DNA from: Eubacteriales bacterium
Lineage (GTDB): Bacteria > Bacillota > Clostridia > Oscillospirales > CAG-272
Reading direction: 5' to 3'
DNA length: 58,522 nucleotides
NCBI GenBank assembly: GCA_045643725.1
Contig: JAZRFQ010000011.1
Location: 1 to 58,522, forward strand
A model generated the notes under the pieces. The model made no database searches. It was not told the origin of the DNA and saw nothing but the letters and a program-made list of their open reading frames with translations. Positions 17,915 to 29,071 of this stretch are shown here, one piece after another. The position numbers and the translations under genes were made by a program. Positions within the stretch are counted from its first letter, which is position 1; each line of letters opens with the position of its first letter.

Positions 17915-18310
17915 ATGACAAAGATTATTGAACTTGCACACATGCTCGGCGATGAGATCGCAAAGAGCGAGGAGATCCGCAATCTCGAGGCGGCGAAGAA
18001 CGCATTTCAGGCAGACGAGCCTCTTCAGAAGATGATGGAGGAGTACGACGTTGAGAGAAGAGCACTTGGTGCGGAATTCGCAAAGAGTGCCGAGGAATCC
18101 GATAAGACTGTTATCGAGACTCTCAAGAACAGACTCGAGGAGCTCTCTCGCGAAATCACCAAGAATGAGAACTACTCCAACTTTGCGGCGGCACAGCAGG
18201 CTATGGATGCTCTTATGGCTGACGTTAACGCCGAGATCAAGTTCTGTATTACCGGCGAGCGTCCTGCAACCTGCACTCACGACTGCTCCACTTGCGCAGG
18301 ATGCCATTGA
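17915..18310 (+). CDS. YlbF/YmcA (RicAF-like) regulator with Cys-rich tail
   Basis: IIELAHMLGDEIAKSEE helical protein lying between miaB and mutS; tail CTHDCSTCAGCH. Confidence 0.8.
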   Translation: MTKIIELAHMLGDEIAKSEEIRNLEAAKNAFQADEPLQKMMEEYDVERRALGAEFAKSAEESDKTVIETLKNRLEELSREITKNENYSNFAAAQQAMDALMADVNAEIKFCITGERPATCTHDCSTCAGCH

Positions 18311-18350
18311 TTTTTGACCTTAAACTTTCGACCGATGGAGGTACGCCCAC

Positions 18351-20975
18351 GTGGCAGATACTATTGAGAAAAGAAGCGATTTAAAAACCGTAACGCCGAT
18401 GATGCGTCAGTATCTCGACGTTAAGAGTAATTACGAGGGCTTCATCCTCTTTTATAGACTCGGTGATTTCTACGAGTGCTTTTTCGAGGATGCGGTTACC
18501 GCCTCGCGTGAGCTCTCCCTGACCCTGACCAGCAGGGATTGCGGAGACGGCAAGCGTGCCGCGATGTGCGGCGTCCCCTTCCATAAATCCGACGTATATA
18601 TCGGCAAGCTTGTAGAGCGCGGCTTTAAGGTAGCGATCTGCGAGCAGGTAGAGGATCCGAAGGCAGCAGTGGGTCTCGTTAAACGCGAGGTCTCTCGCGT
18701 TGTCACTCCTGGTACTATTACCGACGGAGCTCTGCTTAACGAGGGCACCAACAATTTCCTGCTCGCAGTATGTATTGGTAACGCGGGCGCAGGTCTTGCC
18801 TTTGCCGATGTGTCCACGGGTGAAGTTTCCGCAACCTTCTTCCGTCGCGACGATATGAAGGGCGCTATGCTCAACGAGATCGGCGTATATCAGCCCTCCG
18901 AGGCGATTATTAACCTGAGTGCGACCGAGGTTCCGGAGCTCGTCTCCTTCCTTCGTGATCGTACTCACACGCTCATAAACGACGGCGCGAAGCGTATGTT
19001 CGACTATGAGCGCTCGAGAGATGCTGCATCATCCGTTTTCGGCGATGAGGCGGACAAGCTCACCGAGCCCGAAATGCTTATGTCAGTCGGTGCTTTACTT
19101 TCCTACATAAAAGAGACACAAAAGAACGAGATCACCTTTGCAAAGGAGATCAAGGTCTACACGAAGGGACAGTATCTCGAGCTTGATCTTAATACAAGAC
19201 GCAACCTCGAGCTCACCGAATCTATGAGAACGAAGGAGAAGCGCGGCTCGCTTCTTTGGGTGCTCGATAAGACCAAGACCGCGATGGGCGCACGACTTCT
19301 GCGCTCTTGGCTTCTGAAGCCGCTTTTGAATCCTGCAGAGATTTCACAGCGTCAGGCCGCGGTATCCGATCTTATGACGGAGTCTGCCGTCAGAGCAGAG
19401 CTCGCAGATATCCTCGCAGATATGCTGGATATCGAGAGACTCACAGCGAAGGCGGTTTACGGCTCTGCCAACGCTAAAGATCTTCGCGCTATTTATCAGA
19501 GCATAATTAAACTGCCCGAGATTAAATCCCTTATCTCGAACTTGAAGAGTGATTCTGTCAAGAGGATCTACACACAGCTCGACACACTTGATGACATCGC
19601 AGATATACTCGGCGCGGCAATTGTAGATAACCCTCCCTTTACCGTGCGCGAGGGCGGAATGATTCGCGAGGGCTTTAACGCCGACGTAGATTATTATCGC
19701 TCCATTAAGAATAACGGTACCGATATTATGAAGTCTATCGAGGAGCGAGAGAAGGACGAGACCGGCATCCGCACCTTGAAGGTCGCTTACAACAAGGTCT
19801 TCGGCTACTATATCGAGGTCTCCAAGTCCTTCGTCAACGAGGTTCCCGACCGCTACGTTAGAAAGCAGACTCTCACCAACTGTGAGCGTTATATAACACA
19901 GGAGCTCAAGGAGATGGAGAGCACCATCTTCAGTGCTGACGAGAAGCTCGTCGCCCTCGAGTTCGAGATCTTCAACGGCCTGCGCGAGCTTATAGCCGAG
20001 TGCAACGAGCGTTTCCGTCTTACGGCATCGCTTGTCGCTGAACTTGACGTTTACCGCTCGTTTTCCGAGATCGCATCGAAGAATAATTACGTCTGCCCCG
20101 AGGTAGATCTTTCCGATACTCTCATAATTAAGGATGGACGTCACCCCGTAGTAGAGAAGTTCGTAACCGACAGCTACTTCGTTCCCAACGATACTCATCT
20201 CAATGTTACCGACAACAGACTTATGATAATCACCGGTCCTAATATGGCAGGTAAATCTACATATATGAGACAGGTTGCTATCATAACCATTATGGCACAG
20301 CTTGGCTCGTTCGTGCCCGCCAGAGAGGCGCGCATCGGCGTTGTGGACAAGGTGTTCACGCGCGTTGGCGCGTCTGACGACCTTGCATCGGGACAGTCCA
20401 CCTTCATGCTTGAGATGAACGAGGTCGCAACAATACTCAGAAACGCTACCAAGCGCTCGCTCATAATTTATGACGAGGTAGGTAGAGGAACCAGCACCTA
20501 CGACGGTATGGCTATCGCCAGAGCCGTTGTGGAATATACCCACTCGAAGAAGATCGGTGCAAAGACACTCTTTGCCACCCACTATCACGAGCTCACTGAT
20601 ATGGAGAGCGAGTTCGAGGGCATCGTTAACTACAACGTTGCCGCAAAGAAGCGCGACGATTCTGTCATATTCCTGCGTAAGATCGTAAGAGGCGGAACAG
20701 ACGATTCCTACGGTATCGAGGTTGCCAAGCTTGCAGGAATACCGAGCGAGGTCGTCAAGCGCGCAAAGCAGATTCTCGCATCCATCGAGGATGGCGCACC
20801 CGTGCGCCGCGCGGAGAAGAAGGTGGAGGACGATACTCCCGATCTCTTCTCGACGCTTATGGCCAGCAACGATAAGGAGGCGGCGGACAAGCTTCGCGCC
20901 ACTGATATCAACACGATCACGCCGATTGAGGCGATGAACCTTTTGTTCGAGCTCAAAAAGCTCGTTTCCGACTGA
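18351..20975 (+). CDS. mutS: DNA mismatch repair protein MutS
   Basis: TPMMRQY, GDFYE, TGPNMAGKSTYMRQ, DEVGRGTST, ATHYHEL. Confidence 0.97.
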   Translation: MADTIEKRSDLKTVTPMMRQYLDVKSNYEGFILFYRLGDFYECFFEDAVTASRELSLTLTSRDCGDGKRAAMCGVPFHKSDVYIGKLVERGFKVAICEQVEDPKAAVGLVKREVSRVVTPGTITDGALLNEGTNNFLLAVCIGNAGAGLAFADVSTGEVSATFFRRDDMKGAMLNEIGVYQPSEAIINLSATEVPELVSFLRDRTHTLINDGAKRMFDYERSRDAASSVFGDEADKLTEPEMLMSVGALLSYIKETQKNEITFAKEIKVYTKGQYLELDLNTRRNLELTESMRTKEKRGSLLWVLDKTKTAMGARLLRSWLLKPLLNPAEISQRQAAVSDLMTESAVRAELADILADMLDIERLTAKAVYGSANAKDLRAIYQSIIKLPEIKSLISNLKSDSVKRIYTQLDTLDDIADILGAAIVDNPPFTVREGGMIREGFNADVDYYRSIKNNGTDIMKSIEEREKDETGIRTLKVAYNKVFGYYIEVSKSFVNEVPDRYVRKQTLTNCERYITQELKEMESTIFSADEKLVALEFEIFNGLRELIAECNERFRLTASLVAELDVYRSFSEIASKNNYVCPEVDLSDTLIIKDGRHPVVEKFVTDSYFVPNDTHLNVTDNRLMIITGPNMAGKSTYMRQVAIITIMAQLGSFVPAREARIGVVDKVFTRVGASDDLASGQSTFMLEMNEVATILRNATKRSLIIYDEVGRGTSTYDGMAIARAVVEYTHSKKIGAKTLFATHYHELTDMESEFEGIVNYNVAAKKRDDSVIFLRKIVRGGTDDSYGIEVAKLAGIPSEVVKRAKQILASIEDGAPVRRAEKKVEDDTPDLFSTLMASNDKEAADKLRATDINTITPIEAMNLLFELKKLVSD

Positions 20976-20999
20976 TAATTTTTCTATACGGAGTGAAAA

Positions 21000-22952
21000 A
21001 TGGCAAAAATCAACGTACTAAGCTTTGAAATAGCCAACCTGATAGCCGCAGGAGAGGTCGTAGAACGTCCCTCCTCGGTTCTCAAGGAGCTCATAGAGAA
21101 CTCTATCGACTCGGGCGCAAAGCATATTGTCGCCGAGATCAAAAAGGGCGGAGTAGCCCTTATCCGCGTCTCTGACGACGGTTGCGGTATGGAGAAGGAG
21201 GACCTTCCCGTAGCCCTCAAAAGACACGCCACAAGTAAAATCAGCGAAAAGGACGACCTTAATCGAATTATGACTCTCGGCTTCCGTGGCGAGGCTCTCG
21301 CCGCGATCTCCTCTGTTTCCGTGATGACCATAATCACGAAGACAAAATCTGCCGAGATCGGCTCTATGCTTACCGCCGAGGCAGGCGTCGTGACCGATAT
21401 GTCCGAGGTTGGTGCAGCAGACGGAACAACCGTTGTCGTTGAGAATCTCTTCTACAACGTTCCCGCTCGCAGAAAGTTCTTGAAGAAGGATTCAACCGAG
21501 GCGATGAACGTGACCGCTCTTGTCGAGAAGGTCGCGCTCTCTCGTCCTGATATCTCCATCCAGCTTTTGATAGACGGTGAAGAGAAGTTCAAAACTCCCG
21601 GCAACTCGAGCCTAAAGGATACTATCTACGCCGTATTCGGCAAGGAGTTCGCATCCAAGCTTATTGAGGCCGACGGAACCGCTAACGGAATCCGCGTTCA
21701 CGGCTTTATCGGCAGAAGCGATAATGTCAGAAAGAACAGAAATCTGCAGAATTTCTTTATCAACGGCCGATATGTCAAGAGTCTCACGGCAATGGCGGCA
21801 ATCGAGAAGGCATATACCTCTTATATCGCCCCCGAGTGTTTCCCGACCTGCGTTCTTTTCCTCGAGATGAGTCCCGAGGCCGTGGATGTTAACGTCCATC
21901 CTGCAAAGCTCGAGGTCAAGTTCTCCGATGAGCGCCCCGTGTTCGAAACGGTTTATTATACCGTAAAGCGTGCAATCGAGGAGTACGAGTACCGTCCGGA
22001 GCTTACTCTTGCGAAAAAAGAGCAGAAATACAATCCCGCAAACGCCTATGTTCCCATCGGAGCAGATACCAAGGGCGAGCAGATCAGGATTACAACACCC
22101 ACGCCTGCAGTAAAGACTACGGAAGTAGCCCCTGCGAGCAGAGAATATACCGCGCCTCCCAGACAGCCGAGCTATAGCACTACGTTATCGGTTAGCTCGG
22201 GCATGGGACATAGCGAGAAGCGTCCCACAGAGAAGCAGAATGACCGTATGTCCTCCGCAGAGTCTATTGCATTCCTCGAGAAGTACAGAACGGCAACTCC
22301 CGTTCAGCGTCCTGTAGAAGTAAAACCTCAAGAGTCTATCCACGTAGCAGAGCCGGAACCCGAGATCCCCGAGCATAAGATTATCGGCGAAGCATTCGAC
22401 TGTTACGTTATGGTGCAGATGGAGAACACACTTCTAGTTATTGATAAGCACGCCGCTCACGAGCGCATAATTTTCGAGGATTTGAAGAAAAGTCGCGCGC
22501 AGGATGGACGTATCGCATCGCAGGCGCTTATGCTTCCCATAACCGTTATACTTCAGAGCGATGAGCTCGCCGCCGCGGCAGAGTACCGCGATGAGATTTG
22601 TTCGATAGGCTTTGAGTTTAACATCAACGAGCGCTCGGTAGATATTATGGCTATCCCTGATGCTATCAGCGCACAAGATGCCGAGGGACTCTTCGTCTCT
22701 ATGCTTGGCGAGCTTTCTTCGGGACTTGGAAATCCCGAGAACACCGAGGCTATAAGAAGAGAAAAGGCGCTCTACCAGGTAGCCTGCAAGGCCGCGATCA
22801 AAGGCGGAAGAGTCTATGACAAGAGTATTATAGAATGGCTTGTAAAGCGCATTCTCACTATCCCCGATATCACCGTTTGCCCCCATGGCAGACCTGTTGC
22901 CTATAGGCTCACAAAACACGAGCTCGATAGACAATTTGATAGAATTAAGTAG
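21000..22952 (+). CDS. mutL: DNA mismatch repair endonuclease MutL
   Basis: IAAGEVVERP, GFRGEAL, DVNVHPAK, DKHAAHER, ACK, CPHGRP. Confidence 0.97.
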   Translation: MAKINVLSFEIANLIAAGEVVERPSSVLKELIENSIDSGAKHIVAEIKKGGVALIRVSDDGCGMEKEDLPVALKRHATSKISEKDDLNRIMTLGFRGEALAAISSVSVMTIITKTKSAEIGSMLTAEAGVVTDMSEVGAADGTTVVVENLFYNVPARRKFLKKDSTEAMNVTALVEKVALSRPDISIQLLIDGEEKFKTPGNSSLKDTIYAVFGKEFASKLIEADGTANGIRVHGFIGRSDNVRKNRNLQNFFINGRYVKSLTAMAAIEKAYTSYIAPECFPTCVLFLEMSPEAVDVNVHPAKLEVKFSDERPVFETVYYTVKRAIEEYEYRPELTLAKKEQKYNPANAYVPIGADTKGEQIRITTPTPAVKTTEVAPASREYTAPPRQPSYSTTLSVSSGMGHSEKRPTEKQNDRMSSAESIAFLEKYRTATPVQRPVEVKPQESIHVAEPEPEIPEHKIIGEAFDCYVMVQMENTLLVIDKHAAHERIIFEDLKKSRAQDGRIASQALMLPITVILQSDELAAAAEYRDEICSIGFEFNINERSVDIMAIPDAISAQDAEGLFVSMLGELSSGLGNPENTEAIRREKALYQVACKAAIKGGRVYDKSIIEWLVKRILTIPDITVCPHGRPVAYRLTKHELDRQFDRIK

Positions 22953-24116
<1,164 letters not shown>

Positions 24117-24139
24117 AATTACAAAACAAGAAATAACAA

Positions 24140-24181
24140 AAAAACACCCCGACAGGCATTAAATCCTGTCGAGGTGTTTTT
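24140..24181. terminator. Bidirectional terminator between convergent operons
   Basis: AAAAACACC-CCGACAGG / CCTGTCG-AGGTGTTTTT. Confidence 0.8.
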
Positions 24182-24201
24182 ATTATAAAAGAGTAACGCT
24201 T

Positions 24202-24621
24202 TTATTTCAGCGCATCGAGGTCAACTGCGTGACCGGAGCAATGCTTTCCGTCGAACATTCCATCCATATCGCAGAAATATTCGCCGCTATCCTGCTTTTT
24301 GAATCCTATAGCGCGCAGAAGCGTCTCGTCGGTCGTCTCAGCGGATGCCTTTACGCTGTGAGCTCCGCAGAGATCAATGAAATTCATCGTCTGTCTACCG
24401 AGTATGAACATTGCCTCAAAATCATCGTAACCGACGCGAGGTACAAGATCGGCTATGTATCCTACGCCGTCTCCAATCTCGAACTGTGACATTCCCATAA
24501 GCTCGAGCGAATCCACGTCAACCATAGCATAGGCAAAGAGTCCCTCACGGCAGGGAATACCGCAGGCCTCGGCGTACTTCTTCTGAACTTCTGTATCTTG
24601 AATAGGTGAAATCTTAAACAT
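24202..24621 (-). CDS. Hypothetical protein (possibly degenerate GNAT-like fold)
   Basis: 139 aa, overlaps the rluB stop; LLRAIGF resembles the C-terminal GNAT motif. Confidence 0.65.
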   Translation of the reverse strand: MFKISPIQDTEVQKKYAEACGIPCREGLFAYAMVDVDSLELMGMSQFEIGDGVGYIADLVPRVGYDDFEAMFILGRQTMNFIDLCGAHSVKASAETTDETLLRAIGFKKQDSGEYFCDMDGMFDGKHCSGHAVDLDALK

Positions 24622-25348
24622 TCTTCACAGACCTCGTTGCGCGGCGTAGATATTCAACCTCGTCCTCGGTGAGATAACGCCACTTGCCTACCGGGAGGTT
24701 ATTGAGCTTGAGATTGCCGATAGACACACGCGCAAGACGCTTAACCGTGAGCCCCGCTTGCTCGCACATCTTACGGATCTGGCGGTTGCGTCCTTCTTGC
24801 AGAGTCATCTTGAGTACAGTGCCGCTCTCATCGGATGCTCCGATCATAACGTCCACGGGCTTTATGGTGTATCCATCGATCTCGAGTGGAGAGGTGAGGA
24901 TCTCATACTCCTCCTCGCCAACAGGCTCTGCAACCTTAACGCGATATACCTTGGGCAGAGAATGACTTGGGTGCGTCAGACGATTTTTAAGCTCGCCGTC
25001 ATCAGTAAGTAGAAGCATACCCTCGGAGATAAGGTCGAGTCTACCCACGGGATAAATACGCGCGTCAACGTCGATAAGCTCGTTAACACACTTTCTGCCT
25101 CTGTCATCTGACGTGCTACACAGATATCCACGGGGTTTATTCAGCATGATATAGGTGTACTCTCGGCGCTCGTATCTTATGCGCTTGCCTCTAACGGTAA
25201 CGACGTCAGATGCAGGATCGACCTTGGTGCCGGTTTCAGCAACGTGACCGTTGACTGCAACGTTGCCGTTTTTGATTTCTTCCTCTGCGGCGCGTCTTGA
25301 CATTACGCCCGCCTGGGATATGAATTTTTGAAGTCTGATCTTTTCCAT
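24614..25348 (-). CDS. rluB: rRNA pseudouridine synthase (RluB/RsuA family)
   Basis: S4 domain RLQKFIS..SRR, NKPRG, VGRLD, EGRNRQIRKM. Confidence 0.92.
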   Translation of the reverse strand: MEKIRLQKFISQAGVMSRRAAEEEIKNGNVAVNGHVAETGTKVDPASDVVTVRGKRIRYERREYTYIMLNKPRGYLCSTSDDRGRKCVNELIDVDARIYPVGRLDLISEGMLLLTDDGELKNRLTHPSHSLPKVYRVKVAEPVGEEEYEILTSPLEIDGYTIKPVDVMIGASDESGTVLKMTLQEGRNRQIRKMCEQAGLTVKRLARVSIGNLKLNNLPVGKWRYLTEDEVEYLRRATRSVKNV

Positions 25349-25358
25349 TGTTTGTCCT

Positions 25359-26483
25359 TTATTCAAATAGGCTGAAGAGGCCCTTTTTCTTTGCTTTCTT
25401 TACGTTTTCGAGCGCTATAACGTCGAATTCTTCTATATGTCCGTCAGGATAAGTCAATCGGATCTTGCCGACCGCATCACCGAGCTCGACGGGAGCGTTC
25501 AAAATTTGTGGCATATCAATATCGATCTTTGGTAGATCGTCCGTATTCTTCTTTATAATTGTAATATCACTATCAATTCCCAGTTTCACGTTACTTGTGA
25601 CGCCATCCTTGACGATAGCTGAACGCATAAATTCGTTTTTTGATACAACTGTGACTCTCTCGAGTTGTGAGAAGCCAAAGTCAAGCATTTTCTCGTGCTC
25701 GCGCCAATCGTCAGGGCAGGAAAGCGTAACTGCGATCAATCTTACACCATCGCGCTCTGCCGCGCTCACAAGGCATCTTCCGCTTTTCTGTGTGTATCCG
25801 GTTTTAACGCCGATACATCCGTCATAGCGCGAGAGCAGCTTGTTGTGATTGGCGAAAAGTCGCGCGAACCCCTCCTTTTCTACTCGTTTCGTCTTGGTGG
25901 AAACGATTTCACGGAATTCAGGATATTCGAGCGCCGCCGCGGTAATTTTCGCGAGCTCAAGCGCCGTTGTGTAGTGCTCGTCATCATCGAGACCATGGGG
26001 ATTTGTGAAATGCGTGTCGCATAAGCCGATCAGCGTGGCCTTTTCATTCATCAAAAAAGCGAACTCTTCTATGCTTCCGGCCACAGCATAAGCAATAGCT
26101 TCCGCCGCATCGTTGGCACTTCGGAGCATCAAAGCATACAGAAGCTCGCGTAGAGTGAATTCTTCGCCCGCGCGCAGATATGCCGAACTACCTTCAACGC
26201 CAACGGCACGAGGATCAACTTTGATTTTCTTGTTGAGATTTTCGCGCTCGATCGCAACGAGTGCGGTCATTATCTTCGTGGTGCTTGCCATAGGAAGGCG
26301 CGCATTTTCGTTCTTTGCGTACAGTATAGTGTCGCTTTCGGGCTCATAGATCACGGATGCCTTTGCATTGACAGAAAAATCGCTTGCCGCACCGACATTT
26401 ATTCGTAAAATTGGAATGACGGATGATAAGCAGAGCATGATGGCAACCGCTCTACGTAGCATACAAAACATAATCTTCTTCAT
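25359..26483 (-). CDS. D-alanyl-D-alanine carboxypeptidase (DacB/DacF-like, S11)
   Basis: MASTTKIMT (SxxK), SAND, NPHGL, KTGYT. Confidence 0.92.
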   Translation of the reverse strand: MKKIMFCMLRRAVAIMLCLSSVIPILRINVGAASDFSVNAKASVIYEPESDTILYAKNENARLPMASTTKIMTALVAIERENLNKKIKVDPRAVGVEGSSAYLRAGEEFTLRELLYALMLRSANDAAEAIAYAVAGSIEEFAFLMNEKATLIGLCDTHFTNPHGLDDDEHYTTALELAKITAAALEYPEFREIVSTKTKRVEKEGFARLFANHNKLLSRYDGCIGVKTGYTQKSGRCLVSAAERDGVRLIAVTLSCPDDWREHEKMLDFGFSQLERVTVVSKNEFMRSAIVKDGVTSNVKLGIDSDITIIKKNTDDLPKIDIDMPQILNAPVELGDAVGKIRLTYPDGHIEEFDVIALENVKKAKKKGLFSLFE

Positions 26484-26525
26484 AGGCTTATCTTAACCGT
26501 AGAAGAGAATAAAATTCAGGGCAAA

Positions 26526-26891
26526 TTATGACAATGCGCCCTTGATTTTATCGATAATCTCGGGCGAGCGCTCTATCAGCGAGACGATTCTGTCTATTGA
26601 ATCCGCGCCGCCACCCTCGATCGGTATCATGGATATTTCGGCGTTTTTGCCCACCGCAATGAAGGCAATGGGTGTCACAGTCATCGCTGTGCCGCCACCG
26701 CCACCAAAGCTCTTGTCGTTTATATTGCGCTTTCCCGAGTAGTCAAGACCGCCGCTGGCAAATCCCAGCGTGATCTTTGACACGGGTATAATAGTGACTC
26801 CGCTCGGCGTGTTTATGGCAGAGCCGAACGCCGCATCCGGAGTTGTGAAATCACGTATTCCCTCAAGCGAGGTCTTGATGATCTCGCTCAT
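26526..26891 (-). CDS. ytfJ: Sporulation/germination protein YtfJ (GerW family)
   Basis: IIPVSKITLGFASGG, FGGGGG, PIAFIAV, PEIIDKI. Start uncertain (ATG 26891 or GTG 26957). Confidence 0.85.
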   Translation of the reverse strand: MSEIIKTSLEGIRDFTTPDAAFGSAINTPSGVTIIPVSKITLGFASGGLDYSGKRNINDKSFGGGGGTAMTVTPIAFIAVGKNAEISMIPIEGGGADSIDRIVSLIERSPEIIDKIKGALS

Positions 26892-26917
26892 TTTGTTTCC
26901 ATCTGCTCCGAACTCCT

Positions 26918-27421
26918 TTATAGCCTTACCCTCGCTTTTTGTCTTGATTTCTGACACTCTTTAAGGTAGAGAACAAGGGTGAATACAAGGCGGTAAAACG
27001 AAGTTTTCAAAGTAATGTCAAAAGGGCAGCTTGATTGTTCTGCCTCACAATAACTTGCAGATACGGCTTTTCTGTCGATGTACGACAATAAGACGTTCCT
27101 AAAAATCTCGGCATATCCATATGCTATCGGATGCGCTTGATTAGATGCCGGACGCGGTATTGCGTTGATTTCTACACGCGATCCATCGAGGGCATAGTTG
27201 ATTAGTTTTATTATAGATAACACACCGATCTTATTGCCTTTCGATCCTGTGCTTTTTTGCTTTTGTTGGGGTGTCAGAGTGAAGGAAACTATAGTAAAAT
27301 CGAAATCAAAGATAAATCGGTTATCATACCTGATGCGTATCGAAACCGTCTGTGTAATTATCAAAAGAATTATCAAAATGATAAGTACTGCCTGAAGTCC
27401 CGATAGCATCCAGGTTACCAA
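26918..27421 (-). CDS. Hypothetical membrane-anchored protein (YtfI-like by position)
   Basis: N-terminal TM helix; lies between scpB and ytfJ. Confidence 0.55.
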   Translation of the reverse strand: MVTWMLSGLQAVLIILIILLIITQTVSIRIRYDNRFIFDFDFTIVSFTLTPQQKQKSTGSKGNKIGVLSIIKLINYALDGSRVEINAIPRPASNQAHPIAYGYAEIFRNVLLSYIDRKAVSASYCEAEQSSCPFDITLKTSFYRLVFTLVLYLKECQKSRQKARVRL

Positions 27422-27427
27422 TGAAGC

Positions 27428-28225
27428 TTACTCTCCGAGATCCTGATAATCGTCTGCGGAGGGCTCGCCGTCGTCTTCGATGCTTTCGACGGGCTCTGTT
27501 ACAGTCTCTGCCTCCGATTCAACTGCTATATCGCCTTCAACATCTGCGGCGTCACCGATAATCTCATCGATAAGCGACATCTGCTCGCCACCCTCGATTG
27601 TCTCCTCGGATGCCTCCTCGATCTCGTGCTTTCTAATGCGCTGGAACATAGCAGTAATCTCCTCGGTGGTCGTGGGGAGCTTTGAAAGGCTTTCAAGACC
27701 GAAGCAGCGAAGGAAATCAGACGTAGTTCCGTAGAGCATGGGACGACCGGGAACGTCAAGACGCCCCTTGCACTCGATGAGTCCGCGATCTATGAGGTTA
27801 TTCATAGCATACGAGGAATCTACACGGCGCAGGGTGTCCACAAATGCACGGGTTACGGGCTGGTTGTATGCGACGATGGCCAGAGCCTCAAGAGAGGAGG
27901 TCGAGAGCGTACCGCTCTTCTTTATTCCGAGAGCAGAGCGTATCTCCGTAAGGTAATATTCCTTCGTGCAGAGCTGGCACTCATCCTTGAAGGTGAGGAG
28001 CACGACGCCGCGGGGAATATCGGAGTTGTTGTAGAGAAGCGCATAATCTGCGACCTTATCCTTGATCTGCGAGGGTGTAACCTCAAAAACGCGCGCAAGC
28101 GTCGCGTAGGAGATTGGGTGACCTGCGGCAAAGAGAATTGCCTCCAGCGCCTCTTCGAAAACGATCTCACGCTCCGGAGCGGTATCTTTAGTTTCTTCAA
28201 CGATTACATTGACGCTATCACTCAT
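27428..28225 (-). CDS. scpB: SMC-Scp complex subunit ScpB
   Basis: EAILFAAG, LEALAIVAYNQPVTR, GRPMLYGTT..FL..FGL; acidic tail. Confidence 0.93.
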   Translation of the reverse strand: MSDSVNVIVEETKDTAPEREIVFEEALEAILFAAGHPISYATLARVFEVTPSQIKDKVADYALLYNNSDIPRGVVLLTFKDECQLCTKEYYLTEIRSALGIKKSGTLSTSSLEALAIVAYNQPVTRAFVDTLRRVDSSYAMNNLIDRGLIECKGRLDVPGRPMLYGTTSDFLRCFGLESLSKLPTTTEEITAMFQRIRKHEIEEASEETIEGGEQMSLIDEIIGDAADVEGDIAVESEAETVTEPVESIEDDGEPSADDYQDLGE

Positions 28226-29063
28226 TGTCTTCATCCTCCTTGTTTTCGTCGTTATCGTCCACTACGGGAGGGAGGTCAAATTCACTCTCCATATTCTCAG
28301 GTGGAACGTAATCGGGATTAAGCATAAATTTCATTTCAAGTCCGCACTCGTCGTATTCCACGACGTCCTCAATAACGTGCACGGTAGTAATTGTTATTCT
28401 GCGAAGCTTTATCAGCTCTAGTATACCCATAAAGCGTGCAACCAATTCAGCGCGGCTCTCCGAATCCTTGAGTAAGAAGAAGAGCGATGCCTCCTCGTGC
28501 TCCTCAAGAAGCGAGCAGATCTCTTCAATCTTTTCTTCGACCGAAACGACGTGGCGTTTGATCAGGGGATTTACAAGCTCGGAGGGCTTACGCGCGGTTT
28601 CCGCAATCTTCATACGGCGGAGCACCGAGGCGAGCGCCTTGGTCAGAAGCTCGGTATCGAGATCGAGAGGAAGCCCCTTTTCGGGCGGGATATCGTCTGT
28701 TCCTTTAGTATATCTGCCCGAGAACTGCTCGTAAAGAGGGCCAAACTCCTTTGCAACGAGCTTTGCCTGCTGATAGAGAAGAAGGGCATCTGCGATCTCA
28801 CGACGGGGATCGTTTTCGGTTCCTTCCTCGTGAGGCAGGATCATCTTGGATTTTATGAGCATCAGCTCGCTCGCCATAACGATGAACTCGCTGGCAACCT
28901 CGAGATCCATGCGCTCCGCCTCTGCGAGGTACTCCATATACTGATCGCAAATGAGCGCAATGGGAATATCGGTGATGCTCACCTTGTTTTTACTTATAAG
29001 TGTCAAAAGCAGGTCGAGAGGACCCTCAAATTGATCCAGTCGATAAGTCAATTGTTCAATCAT
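28218..29063 (-). CDS. scpA: Segregation and condensation protein ScpA
   Basis: FEGPLDLLL, ASEFIVMA..IKS, FMGILEL. Confidence 0.93.
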   Translation of the reverse strand: MIEQLTYRLDQFEGPLDLLLTLISKNKVSITDIPIALICDQYMEYLAEAERMDLEVASEFIVMASELMLIKSKMILPHEEGTENDPRREIADALLLYQQAKLVAKEFGPLYEQFSGRYTKGTDDIPPEKGLPLDLDTELLTKALASVLRRMKIAETARKPSELVNPLIKRHVVSVEEKIEEICSLLEEHEEASLFFLLKDSESRAELVARFMGILELIKLRRITITTVHVIEDVVEYDECGLEMKFMLNPDYVPPENMESEFDLPPVVDDNDENKEDEDNE

Positions 29064-29071
29064 TGTTTACC

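Noticed and set aside
26484-26525. Possible sigma-F/G promoter and leaderless start for the dac gene (GAAT-N15-GGTTAAGATA)
   Set aside because: Only a partial consensus match; cannot be supported from sequence alone
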